Shown: in pieces, positions 13,443-25,061 of the stretch | Position numbering within the stretch: the stretch's first letter is position 1 | Layout: each line of letters starts with the position of its first letter | From: Guillardia theta CCMP2712 | Lineage: Eukaryota > Protista > Cryptophyta | Length of the DNA stretch: 64,000 nucleotides | Assembly: GCF_000315625.1 (NCBI RefSeq) | Contig: NW_005434668.1 | Location: 242,938 to 306,937 of the forward strand | Direction of reading: 5' to 3' | The notes under the pieces: generated by a model | Database searches by the model: none | Seen by the model: only the letters and a program-made list of their open reading frames with translations | Told to the model about the DNA's origin: nothing | Made by a program: the position numbers and the translations under genes

Positions 13443-13874
13443 ATGGCTGAAAGTTACGAAGAGGGTTGGCGGCCCATGTTCTTGCCGCTCACATGGTGGC
13501 TGCCGCCTACTTGGAGGTTCGAGATCACTGTTGCACCAAAGGGAGGAGAAGAAAACAAAAATGATGCCATGAGATATTCTCTGTCGTTCGGCTACTGCCT
13601 GTCAATGGGTATGATGCGCAAGTCACTCCTAATCGCAAACATCAAGGAGGGTTCGATGGAAAGGGGGTTCTCGAATTGGAAAGAAAATCTCATGCAGTTT
13701 GGAGGATGGGGTGTCAGATATGGTCATGGGATATGGAACTATAATGCGAAAAATGGAGACTGGTTCGAATTTGAGGAGGCCGATACTGGGAGGAGGTATA
13801 GGTTTGCTTGCAAGCATGCAGACGATTTCGAGAACTTTATGAGGAAGAAATTTCCGAATGTTTTTAGAAAGTAG
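13443..13874 (+). CDS. Small intronless hypothetical protein, bacterial PH-like (GGWGVRYG) type
   Basis: ATG at 13443 (MAESYEEGW...), 143 codons, motif FGGWGVRYGHGIWNYNAKNG resembling small bacterial PH-like proteins (from memory). Confidence 0.7.
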   Translation: MAESYEEGWRPMFLPLTWWLPPTWRFEITVAPKGGEENKNDAMRYSLSFGYCLSMGMMRKSLLIANIKEGSMERGFSNWKENLMQFGGWGVRYGHGIWNYNAKNGDWFEFEEADTGRRYRFACKHADDFENFMRKKFPNVFRK

Positions 13875-14113
13875 TATGCAATATCCTTGAGGGACGTGTA
13901 TGGGTGTTTTCCTTGTCTGAACAGAGATTGTCTATTCCTTTCTTTCTGTGCATCATCATGATGATGATGGGAGTATGTGTGTGAGCATACAGCTTTGTTT
14001 AGGGTTAAGGTGTGCTTTTGTTGTAAATCAACAGATAAGATTTTGATAGAACGTGTATCAATATGATAGAGATGAATAGGAGTGTATGGACTGAATGTTT
14101 GAAAAGAATTGTC

Positions 14114-15491
14114 CTACCTTTGAACCTGCATCCATTTCTTAAGAATAAATTCACCAAACGATTTGGTATTGGCTGTAAATCACATGGTCACAAACGACTG
14201 ACGAACTGTAATCGATCGATACCTGATTCATCATCGCCTGTTGCACGTTCTTCAACGTTCTGATTTTTCAGCAAAGAATACTTCTCGACGTCCTTCTCAT
14301 CTAACGATGGAACAGTGGCATTGAATGCTAGTCGAAAGCAAGAATATCAAATTTGACAAATGACACATCAAATCATACCAGTGTAGTAAAAGAATACAAA
14401 GGAATATCTCTCGCGGTCATTGATTTTCACGCGATGAAGTGGAGATTTGAACCTGGGAAATCTCAGTCTGAACAAACTGAACTAGGGTCGCTTAAGTCGT
14501 TCATACCGCGACTTTGTCATCAAGGAAACATAATCTCCGATATTCACAAGGAGATGACCAGGAATCGGCGGAACATCAGACCACTTCTTCGTCTTGCTAT
14601 CGAACAGTTGGAGTGAAGTTACTGTTGGATCCTGTAGGACAGATAAAAACTTTTGTTTCATGAACAGTTTCATGTACGGACCTGTAAAATGATTGTCAAC
14701 CAGCCCCAGTCAGTATGTGGACTGCTGCCAATCAGTTCCTGAGGCAATCGGCTATCCTTTACGCTCGCAGAAGCCGACAACAAAGGAAGGTAATGGAACA
14801 TCCGCATGAGGGAGATCGTGTCTCCGCCCTTACAGAGATCTGAAAACGAATCCGCCTCGAGGCCCAGAGCTATAGCCATCGCATCTGTGAGTTGTTCAGA
14901 TATCTGGACCTTCTTGGTAAATATGTTTTGCAACGGCTGCCTCCAATCATAGCCAAAACCAGGAAGATCCGGCCAAATGTTGGGTCCTTGCAAGGGGTTT
15001 TCCGGTTTAAGATCAGGATCCCACTCATACCCATAAGAAAATGCTTCTTTTGCTTCAAAGAGGGTAGGAGATCCACTCTCTTCACCCACTGAGAAGTACC
15101 CCCGTGTGAATCCACCTGCCTTCTTACAGGGCAGAGCATTCTTCGTTTCTGCGGGTAATTCAAAGAAATGCCTCGAAGATTCGAAGGCTTTTTGCATTTC
15201 CTCTGGAGAGATCCCATGACCAGTCAGGTAAAACATTCCAGTAGACTCGCATGCATCTCTCAGCTTAAGAGCAAACGACGTCTTGTCTTCTCGACTCCCT
15301 TCCTTGAATTCGGCAAGATTCAAAGTTGGAAGGGATGGGTGGATAGCTTTCCACCTGGAGCATGGAGGCAGAGATCTCTTTTGTGATGGGCAAGGAGGCG
15401 GGGAACTGATCAGCCATGCTGGACCCACTTGTCTCGTCACGCGCGGTATCGTCGCCCAGCATGTCTGCGCTGTAGCTATGGCTGCTATCAT
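14114..15491 (-). CDS. 2-oxoglutarate/Fe(II)-dependent dioxygenase (isopenicillin N synthase / DIOX_N-like)
   Basis: LPTLNL...LRDACESTGMFYLTGHGI, RGYF, KEAFSYG, GPNIWP, LMRMFHY, PHTDWGWLTI (HxD), WSDVPPIPGHLLVNIGD; last exon FGEFILKKWMQVQR* ends at 14114; start uncertain. Confidence 0.88.
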
Positions 15492-15763
15492 TTCTGAAGG
15501 CGCAACATGGGACAGAAGGCCGAGCCCGGCCTGGAATCCCGGGCCGCACCCCGGGCCCGGGCTTTTCAAGTAGTACTAGGCTCAGTGCACTGGCACTGCG
15601 TGCACCGTGACTCTAAAAAGGCTCTTGGCCGCGGCGATAGAGGTACGGTCGAGAGTTCAGGATCATTGTTGGTCATCGACTCGGAATGAAAATCATACAA
15701 ACAGCATACAGTCACGTAGCAGTGTGAGTTGAGAGTCAACTTCATCAGTGTAAAGGGTTTCAA

Positions 15764-17932
15764 TCAATCTAAGAAAGCATTTCTCGGTGGTGGATAAGCT
15801 CCGACTTCCATGGACTGACCAGGAACATCACGAGTGAGTTACAGTCATTCCGATCTGCAGCGAAGAATCCTTACCCTGGTGAGTTTCATAAACAAGGAGT
15901 TCATCATAAAAGCCACCATCGCTAGTGTGCAAAGAGCAGCCTTGAGCGCAAATTTCTCTGCTCAACGAGTGAGCACACATATACATTAAGCGATGCGATG
16001 ATAGGACCTAAGACAATTGCAGAGGCCAGACATATCATTGTAGTCCATTTGCATATCGTTTTGAGGGAGGCTGGGATGAGAAAAATCAAATTTGATGCTT
16101 CAGCACATAAACCGAATATCTTACAGAATAGTTTGAATGCTTGTAAGCACTTTTGACATTTCTTCGTGTGTCGCTGAAACCTCTGTGACTCTGTCAGAGC
16201 AACTCAACGTGGCAGCACAACATATTTCACCTCTACGAGCTCCTCATGCCTCCAAGCCAACTGATTGGAATTCGACTCCGTCGCATACGGTGACCAACTG
16301 GCTCCTTCCCCCCCTGTGTACTTGTCGAGCCATTGACGAAAGGCACCTTAATGGAACATCATTTAAGGCATCACACGTGATTGCTTCATACTGACTAAAG
16401 TGTCACTCTTCGTCGGAAGGAAGAATCTTGTCTTCCAGTCTGGAGAAAGAAGATTTCCCCTCCGAAAGCGGGCCTCTCCTTGCAACAACTTCCCTTGAAA
16501 GTGCAGGAACACGTTATCATCTTCAAGGATCTTGTGGTTGTTCAAGTGGAGAAGGAAGGACGGGAGAGAAAAGGCAAACTTGAATATAAGGCTGAGGGGC
16601 AAAGGCATCTTTGCAGTTTCAAAAACGATTCTGACATAGATTCTCGACAATCCAGGAGATTGGGGAACAGCATAAACCACGTTCCAGTCTGAGAACGACT
16701 GCTTTCGGTTGGTGGCAGATATCACTGTGTTGGGAGCAATGAATTCCACGCTCCCTCCGGTCTTCGACGTATTGAGTGTATCCCCTGCCGTCTTTGTCGC
16801 CGAGAAACCAGAAGGGCTCACAGTTTGCTTCATGGCCAGAGTCAGTGGAGATGCTCTTTCCCTTCGCGAGATCGTCCTGTGATGGGTGAAGGGGAGATGA
16901 GACGGATCCAGCACGTTTTCCATGAGAATGGTTGCATCCATGGGAAGATCTCGGAAGTAATCGACATGCATGATCTATGAGGTCATCATCAGATGATCTT
17001 GATAGCCATGCAGACACAGGAAACGAGTTCTCACTCCAGGGGCTCCTATGCGATCGAGCAGCATGGCGCTCAGTTTGGAAGGGTCCGGTTCGGCCTCGCT
17101 ACCCATCAGTCTTGCCGTCCAACACCATATCATCCCATCTCTGCACTGAACAGGAAGAGTGATAAGCCTTGAGGGCGCTCGCTCTAGTTTCGCTTCATCT
17201 TTGGATTGCGGAATGCAAGTACAGGACCCTTTGACCGCGTCATGCGCTCAACCTCAAATCACAAATTCGACTTCTCATACCGTCAACACCGCGAAATTTC
17301 CATCCATGGTAGGGACACTCAATGTTTCCTGTTATGTGTGAGCTATCCCACGTACTCTTGATGTTACCTGAAACAGGATCGATTCGTCCTTCACTCAGTC
17401 TGACCAGTCGATGAGGGCAGCGATCCAGAGCTGCACGCCAGGACGAGGAAGTGTTCTCGTACCAGAGGACGACTGAAGTACCTAGAATCTATTCTTGTTC
17501 CATAAGTCAAAACCTTAACTCTTGTTCTCTCACCGATACTTGACAAGGCTTCTCCTTGTTGACAAATTTTTCAAATCCAAGGGGATACCATTGATTTCCC
17601 CAGAGTTCTTGTGCTTGAGAATTGCCTTCTATACAGATTCATGTCATGGTGAGCTTATAATTCAAGATTGTGACTTCTCTACCAGTCTCTAAACTGCACA
17701 AGATTCTTCTTTGCGTTGTGGATTTCAACCAGGTCTTGCAAAAACCGCTCGGTCGGAGCAGCATAGGGTCAAACCGTCGACTGATCAGCTTATCAATGTG
17801 GTTTTCTGCATTTAGGCTAGACAGGTAGCTCATGTCTCCATGACCCCTCGGCATGCGACAGCAACTGAACGCTTGCGCCAGGGGCAAAGACATGGCCAAC
17901 AGTACTAGCCACATTGCCACAAACGGACGCAT
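15764..17932 (-). CDS. Plastid-targeted Rieske non-heme iron oxygenase, pheophorbide a oxygenase/Tic55/PTC52-like
   Basis: Leader MRPFVAMWLVLLAMSLPLAQA|F; Rieske DRCPHR and IECPYHGWKF; mononuclear Fe site ENVLDPSHLPFTHH; ILEDDNVFLH; C-terminal YPPPRN. Confidence 0.88.
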
Positions 17933-17984
17933 TACGAGGCCGCGGATGTTGGGTGAACCCGAGGCTCCTGACTGTGGTGCCACG

Positions 17985-18230
17985 GTGCTGCAGACTGTGC
18001 TGCTGCTGGTGCTGCTGTGCTGTCCGATCCATACGGAATGCCACCAGGCTCAGCCAGGTCAGCAGCCTGCCAGGTCTCAGCGGCCCGCCGGGGCCGGACT
18101 GATCCGACGGCGGCCCGAGCGCCAGGAGGAGAGCCACTGCATCACAGTGTATCACCACTAGGAGTGATGGTGAACGGTGACCCGGCTCGGCGCGGCGGCT
18201 TGTTGCCCGCCAATGAAGCAAATCAACAGG
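17985..18230. promoter_or_regulatory. GC-rich intergenic island upstream of the Rieske oxygenase gene (a smaller one lies at 15515-15650)
   Basis: Same CCGG/GGCC/CAGT-rich composition, immediately 5' of a minus-strand gene. Confidence 0.4.
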
Positions 18231-18307
18231 CCCGGATTGTCAGAAAAACTTGTTTCATGCAGAATAAAATTGTGTCCTCTATCTGACAAAGAACTGACTC
18301 TCGACAA

Positions 18308-21050
18308 TTACTCGCTCGATCCCTTGTAGCCAGCAAGTTCGTGAGCAAGTCTTACGGCTTCCTTGCACCCGTCATAAACCTGGTGACAAAGGTCAACCTT
18401 AAACCCTTGGATGGAGGTACGCATCACCCCCTGCTTTCCATTTGCAATGATCTTGTCGTTCATCATGTCAAGTATTCCTGCAGAACTTGAGAAAGGAGAA
18501 AACAAGTGGAACTCATGGTATTACCAGCGTTGTCTTTCATCAACTGAATCCACTCCACAGCATCCTTCACTTCTCTGACTTCAAGAGTTCCATCGCCAAG
18601 CTCCGAGGCACGAAGAGCGGAGTACCTATAAAAAAAAGGAACAAAATAACCCACACAACAAAATTGAGCGTATCATGATGACTCACGCTTCATGGTCACC
18701 AACCCGGCGAATCATGAGTTTTGGGACCTAAGCACACACGTAAGTTCAAAGGGCGAGCAGATCAGGTTGGATACAGGATAGAATGCAAGCTCTGATGGTT
18801 TGCATGCTAAAACATCCACAACCTAGAAGACTGTAAGCACTTGATATATGTCTTCAATACAGCACCCTCGAAAGGAGATCAGTGGCAGCAACTGCCGGGA
18901 AGTAGTCTTTAAAGCTGAACATCGTGACACCCGTCCTTGGTTCCTTGCCCGCTCTCATCCTACACCTTGCTCAACGTATTGTGCGGATCTCAAATGCTCA
19001 TTACTCATCGCAGAAATTATGTACTCCATCAATATCTCCAAAGACGGTGACATCTTCTGCAAAGCAATAATTGAGCGTTTGATTCACCGCAAAAGACTGT
19101 ACCAGAACTTAATCCCATCTTCTTGAAAGACGTTTCAAACGCATCTCTCATGTGAGCATGATCTCCAGCGTTCAACACCACCTACAAAACTCATCAAATT
19201 TCTATGAATTACTGATTCGACATACTTGAACACTTCCAGCTTTGATTTCATCGGCCAAGGCCTCTAGTAACGAGGTGACGAACTAATTCAAAATAAGGAT
19301 GGAGAATTCCGATAAAGGAGAATTAAGACACCTTTCTTTGGGCTCCTGCACCACCAACGGGCAAAAGGATACGCAGTGGCTTTTCCTGGAAAAAAGTCAA
19401 GCGGTGCTTCAGGTATCAGTAAACCATTACATCCTTCAGCCTCTGCCGACGCCTTTCGCAATCAGAATCGATCTGTAAGGAAAGCTGATTCAGCCACAAT
19501 GCCAAGGCAAAACGGGGAGTGAGACATTTGTAACGATGTCATACGGCACCCAGTGCCCGGCCAATCTCAATTCAGAAGTTGGAACACCCATCTTATGGAA
19601 CATGGCGTAATTCGTCGGACCTTGCACCAAATTGATAGCACCTGATGAGGCATAGATCAGACAATTAAACAATAAAGGAATTCAATGATGAGATACCAGG
19701 CACAATCACGAACCACTGCGCGTAATTATCGATCACGAGATTGATCACGTTCTTAAAACCACAAGCCACCGCAACTAATCCAACAAGGGAGTGCGTTGCT
19801 ATGATTGGAATATCCTAAATGATGAATGAATGATCACAAATACCAGAAAACTCATGGCACCTTTGGAATATCGAGCAGAAGAGGCCTCAAATTCTCAGCT
19901 AGCTGTTGAATATGGTCAAAGAGAGAATAATAAAGAAATCCGTACCTGGTATGTACAACGCAATGATGACGCATCTCCACTTTTGGTAATAGATCCCCAC
20001 AGTGCTTCGATAACACCTCCTGCATCCATTGTTATCATGTCACATACAATGCCGAGATGGCAACCTAGCTCTGAAGCAAGTCGTGACCCCTTCGAGTAGA
20101 CCTGAAACCCACTGAATTCACAGCTCCAGAGGGAGAATGATACTTTCGAATACCTTATCTGCTTCTTTGATTAAAGTAGCCTCCTTGGATTCGACCGCTT
20201 TAAATCAAAACTCAAAATTCATTGAGATATGGTGCCTCTCGATCACCAAGGAGGTCGTGGAAAAATGTGAACGATCCAGACGCAAGGCCCCATCTAGAAT
20301 GAAGAGAGGGGAAAGGTCAAGGGACGAAATTCCTTCAGGACAGAGCTTACGAAGCTGCAGAATAAGCAATACGATGATGGCCAAATCCCATCCTTATTGT
20401 ACCAACCACCAGTGGCTACAAACCATGTCAATGCAGTACTTTAGCATTATACCTAATTACTTTCTTCGAGAGATCCAATGACATTGGTGAAAGCCCTTCT
20501 TGCAATCTCTTTGTTGCAACAAGACCTTTCACGAATGGCGATGATTGATATCCAAGCTTGATAGGTTCTAGTGATCTCTTGTGATTGCCGACTGAGAAGC
20601 CATGGAGCGTCACCACCTGTCAGAGTTCTGTTACCGTCTTTTGATGAAAAGCAAGCGAATGACCTTAGCCCTATCATACATCGATGGCCGCGAGCATGTA
20701 TACTGGTCAATGTCGATGGTATTATCAGCAATTAAAGACTGATACTGCGAGGCTTTCCAGTCGAAGAGCGCTGCAGCTACAAGAAATTCGGCCAACAGCA
20801 AACATGGAATAAAGGGAGTTGTGGTCGAAATAATCCCTACGGCCATAGAAGCAACTGCACCTACTCCCAAAGGGATATACAACCTAAGATTTCGAATCGG
20901 TGACTGCTTGGGAGTAGCTAGACATGTTTTGTCCCGGAGACTTTCAGACTTTGCAGGAGCAGCCGAAGTGGAGGGCAGCCCGAGCACACATTCAGCTATG
21001 ATCAGGACGACGAGGGCTGACGAAAAAGCTTTCAAGCTCGGTTGACGCAT
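18308..21050 (-). CDS. Multi-exon GT-B-fold glycosyltransferase-like protein with signal peptide and N-terminal hydrophobic segments
   Basis: Leader MRQPSLKAFSSALVVLIIAECVLG; motifs MGFGHHRIA, ILLPVGGAGAQ, VLNAGDH, KPSELAFYP, IRRVGDHE, RASELGDGTLE; many short introns; TAA at 18308. Confidence 0.65.
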
Positions 21051-21664
21051 GTTATGGAAACGGTTCGATGTCTTTGTCAGAGGAATTCACATGCACTTTC
21101 ACCTGGGAAATTCCAAATAAGAAATACAGAGCTCAACAGCATTACAACAAATGCACTCAGGCCATTCATGGTTCAAGCAAGTTTGGTCCATTGTTCACTC
21201 AGCATTTGTCTACAATCTTCTCTTCTCCTTTACTCCCTCCTCTCTCCCCACACAAGCGCAAGGTATCTTGCTATTTTCTTCCTTTCCCCAAGACATTGCA
21301 TTCCTCATCGCGTTCACAACAACCATTCTGAATCCTGAATACCCCCACCCTCTCTCTATCATACTTTCACCCCCTCCTTCAGAGACCACCCTTCTACTAC
21401 ATTGACTACCCCCCACAACCCGTCTACGTCTAAGAAAATACCCTCAGCAGCATATTCACCCACCCCTACCCTTTACACAACACGTCGCTACTACCCCTCA
21501 CATGAAAATTAGGACCCGGTACTGGACCTGAAAAAGTATTTGGAGCGAGGGTCCCTAATGTGACCTCTACCCTATGATGATTATCACCCCACCTATAGAA
21601 TGGAATAATGAGTACCCCCCCAACCCCTTATGTCTGTAGCCCGTCGCATCTAGAAGGTTCAGGT

Positions 21665-21726
21665 GTCACGTGGTGTCACATGACACAACTTGACAAATCC
21701 ATGACTGATCACGTGAGTATCACGTG
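21665..21726. promoter_or_regulatory. Cluster of E-box/G-box motifs (TCACGTG x3 plus GTCACATGAC) in a divergent promoter
   Basis: gtcacgtgg, gtcacatgac, atcacgtgag and atcacgtgc within 62 bp between ATG 21050(-) and ATG 21964(+). Confidence 0.45.
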
Positions 21727-21963
21727 CTTATTAAATGATTCAAAATGCTGCAAAATGGAATGTCAACTTTCAAATTTTCAGTTCTGATTTCAGCTTGTGG
21801 AATATGCTTGGGTGCCCGACGGACGCAATGTGGTCCGTGGGTGTCAGGGCAGGGCGGGTTGAGATTATGAAGACAAAGTGAAACGTCAGTACAATCTTCG
21901 TCTCGTTTTGGAAGAAAGGAAACCAAGCAAAAGATGAGATGAGTATCAGAAAAGGGAGAGGGC

Positions 21964-23399
21964 ATGGTAGCTTGCAAGTTCAATCTCCTCATTTTGCATG
22001 TAGCGATTTCCTTTTCCTCACGGAATGGTAAGGCGTACTCTAATAGTGGTAGAGATATCACACGATCTACCATAATGCTATATAGATTGCGAGGGGGCGG
22101 AGCAGATGGACAGATCTCACACGGGAAAAAGCTTGTCCACGAAGACGCGTTTTCTCCATATGAAATTAGTGCATTGAAATCTCTTGCTGCCGAGCCAAGG
22201 TTTAACCAGAGTGTCCAAAACCATTCACTCTGGTATGATTCTGAGGATCCAGTCCAATCCGCAAAATATGACCTTGCAAATGGTATATCTGAATCTGATT
22301 TGCCTCGGAAACCGAAGAACGTAAGCCTTCTCTTGAGCAAGCTAGATGTCAATTCGTTTTACCTTCTTCACCTGCAGAAAATACAAGATGTCAACTTTGA
22401 AGACTTCTGTCAATGGTGTAACAAAAACTTTCAAGCGAATGCAAAGCTTTGGGTTTTCTATTGGATTTTCTTGCTTGTTCTGATACTATGGCAGGAGGTT
22501 TCCAAGTTCGGTGACTTTGAAGGAGTTGAAACTGCAGTGAATAAAGGGGCACAGGTGAGTTTGTAGTATTTTGACAATGGTCACTTCAAGAGAAATACCT
22601 TCCTATCTTCCAGATGCTCATGAATTTGCAGGTTAATTCCACAGATCCAAACCACTATGATTGGACTGCAATGCATTATGCAAGCTTTTGTATGTCAGGA
22701 AATGGTGGATCCAATGCTGACAATTCGAACAGATGGAAATTCTGAAGTCGTAGAGAGGTTGACGGACTTTGGTGCAAATCCTAGTCAGAGCGATGAGATT
22801 GGGTGGACGCCTCTACACTATGTGAGCAGGGATTCTTTACTTGTGGCGACAGATTTGATTCATAAATGTGACTCTCTCACTTTCATCACAGGCGGCATTT
22901 AAGGGGCATGCCGATACATGTCTAGCACTTCTTGAATGCGGCGCCAATCCCTGGGCTCAAAATCATTACAACAAGGTAATCATCCTTGATATCGATTAAG
23001 AGAATCGACGCACTGCTGTTTGTAGACCGCTCTTCAAAAGGCTGTCTATTTGCATCATGTCGATACTATCGAAGTCCTCTGCGAATGGATGGGAATTCCC
23101 TCTGAAAGTTTCCTTGCTGGAGCTCCAGTCGATCTCGGTACAGATGGGTTTCCTAACGCTGTTTCATGTGATCCACAACACAGAGAAAATCAAAGCCGAA
23201 ATCGACATGAAGGAGGAAGAAGAGGAAATGCGTGATATAGTAGGTTCAGAATCGAACGTGAATCGAGGTTCCAAGATTCGAGAATCGTGGTCATATTATT
23301 CTTTCTGAGACAAAAGCAGATTCCGCAGCAGAAACAGAAAGGATGATCGATGAAGAAAACAACGCAATGCAGCTCCAAGCTGAGTATGAAAGGAGGTGA
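21964..23399 (+). CDS. Ankyrin-repeat protein with signal-like leader and RLRGG motif
   Basis: MVACKFNLLILHVAISFS...YRLRGG; ankyrin units DWTAMHYA, GNSEVVERLTDFGANP, GWTPLHY|AAFKGH..TCLALLECGANP, TALQKA; short introns. Confidence 0.8.
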
Positions 23400-23479
23400 C
23401 AGACCGTTTACTTTCTTGTTGAAAGTGACTGCTTTTGCAGATACCAATCCATTCGACAACCAAGAGGGTGAAGGCGTTA

Positions 23480-25061
23480 TCCTTGAAATAAATAGTTTAT
23501 CAAATCCAACCACTGATTTGTACCCAAAATGAGTGCACCTACAAATCATTTCGTGGGGAGCTAGTCACCCTTCGACTTTCGAATGACAATATCCTGTGTT
23601 CTTCGTAAGCGAGTCGAGCTGTCGGATCAAAACAATACCTTGCACTCCTTGAGCTGAGAAGTTAGTGATCTCTCCATTTCCTTGAGTGCACGATGGATTT
23701 CTAAAATCTTCATATTCTCAAGCATCAATATTTGAAATGCGATACCGCAATCTGTACCTGATCTCGTAGAACGCTGATTTCCTGTCGAATTTCTTGCACC
23801 TATGGAAATGGATTTAGATGATAGAGTGTATAAATTCAGGCACTTGATCGTCCAATTTTTCTGATTTAACATCTTGAGTCCCTATCACTTCGGTGAATTG
23901 CTCTTGCTATCAAATCATGATCTCACCTGTCGATTGCGGATTGGAGTTAGCCGACTCATGGTGGGAGAGTGAACTCTTTGCATTACGATTGGAGATCTCT
24001 TTGCAGTTCACAACGATCAATAATGGGTATCGCAACCTCGGAAGGTCACCAGAGCTCTTCAGCTGATTTTCAATATTTGTAACATTTCTAAACCAGATTG
24101 TGAGATATGAGACAGTATGTAGAAGAGCACGTTGAGACCTCTCTGGCTTACTGACTTCTTCAATTTTGGAATCAGTGCTTCCTAAATGCACCTCGTGAGG
24201 CTGAAATAAAGAAGTGTACATCGTAGAAACCTTCAGCAGATTCCTCCATGTCTTCAGAATGCTGTATTTTGACAGAAAAAATCAGTGATTAAACAGCTTC
24301 AACGAGTCTTTTCTAACGATTTCAATGTCATCCAGTTCCTCATCCTGTAATTCCTGCAAATTCTGGATTCTAGCAAAAAATAATTGATTTGCTACTTGGA
24401 AACCAGAAGAGATCACACACCTCCGTTCGTCTCTTTCGTCTTCCAAAGTGAACCATTTTCTGCAAGCAACATCATTTTGAGCATTTCAAAACATGTTCCA
24501 ACTGACAAATTGTTATTTTCTGCCAGTAGAATTTGATTCTTTGTATCATCATCCCATTCGACATTCCACCAACTAATAATGAATAGTGTCTCGAGTAAGT
24601 ATTACGAAATCGCAGAGAAACGATGCTGACTTCCGTGTATTTGTTGATGAGATCAATGTCCCAAAGTACCTTACAAATCCAAACAGTACCGAATCAGCTA
24701 AGACCGGGCATGCAGTAGATTCTATACCATTCTTTCCTTGCCCACTGGAAACATATCCTTGACCCAACTTTCACCAGACGGATGTTTCCTGGTTGGCGTG
24801 AGCGAAGACGTCAGGAAACAAGTTAGGAACCTCTTCGGTTCAACGCAGCAACTCTGTCCGTATCTACATTTCACCCATTACATATATCACCAAAGTAAAG
24901 ACAAAGAGCACCATCGCTCTTAGAAGAAATAGATTCTGCAGATGACTTTGGTTTTTGCCTTCGTGCATTCCCACCTTACCACTCGTCAGGTGATGGCAGG
25001 CGAATATAGGATGAGGTGACTTGCCTTGCTTATCTCTTGGTCTCTTGGAGCCTGATGACAT
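23480..25061 (-). CDS. Hypothetical multi-exon protein (3' end approximate)
   Basis: ATG at 25061 (MSSGSKRPRDKQG, NLS-like), series of open minus-strand segments separated by GT-AG-like 45-55 nt stretches; no recognisable domain. Confidence 0.45.

Noticed and set aside
21330-21630. Interstitial telomeric repeat
   Set aside because: C-rich but with no regular repeat unit.
21720-22352. 210-aa minus-strand ORF
   Set aside because: Overlaps the better-supported ankyrin gene on the opposite strand and has no recognisable motif.
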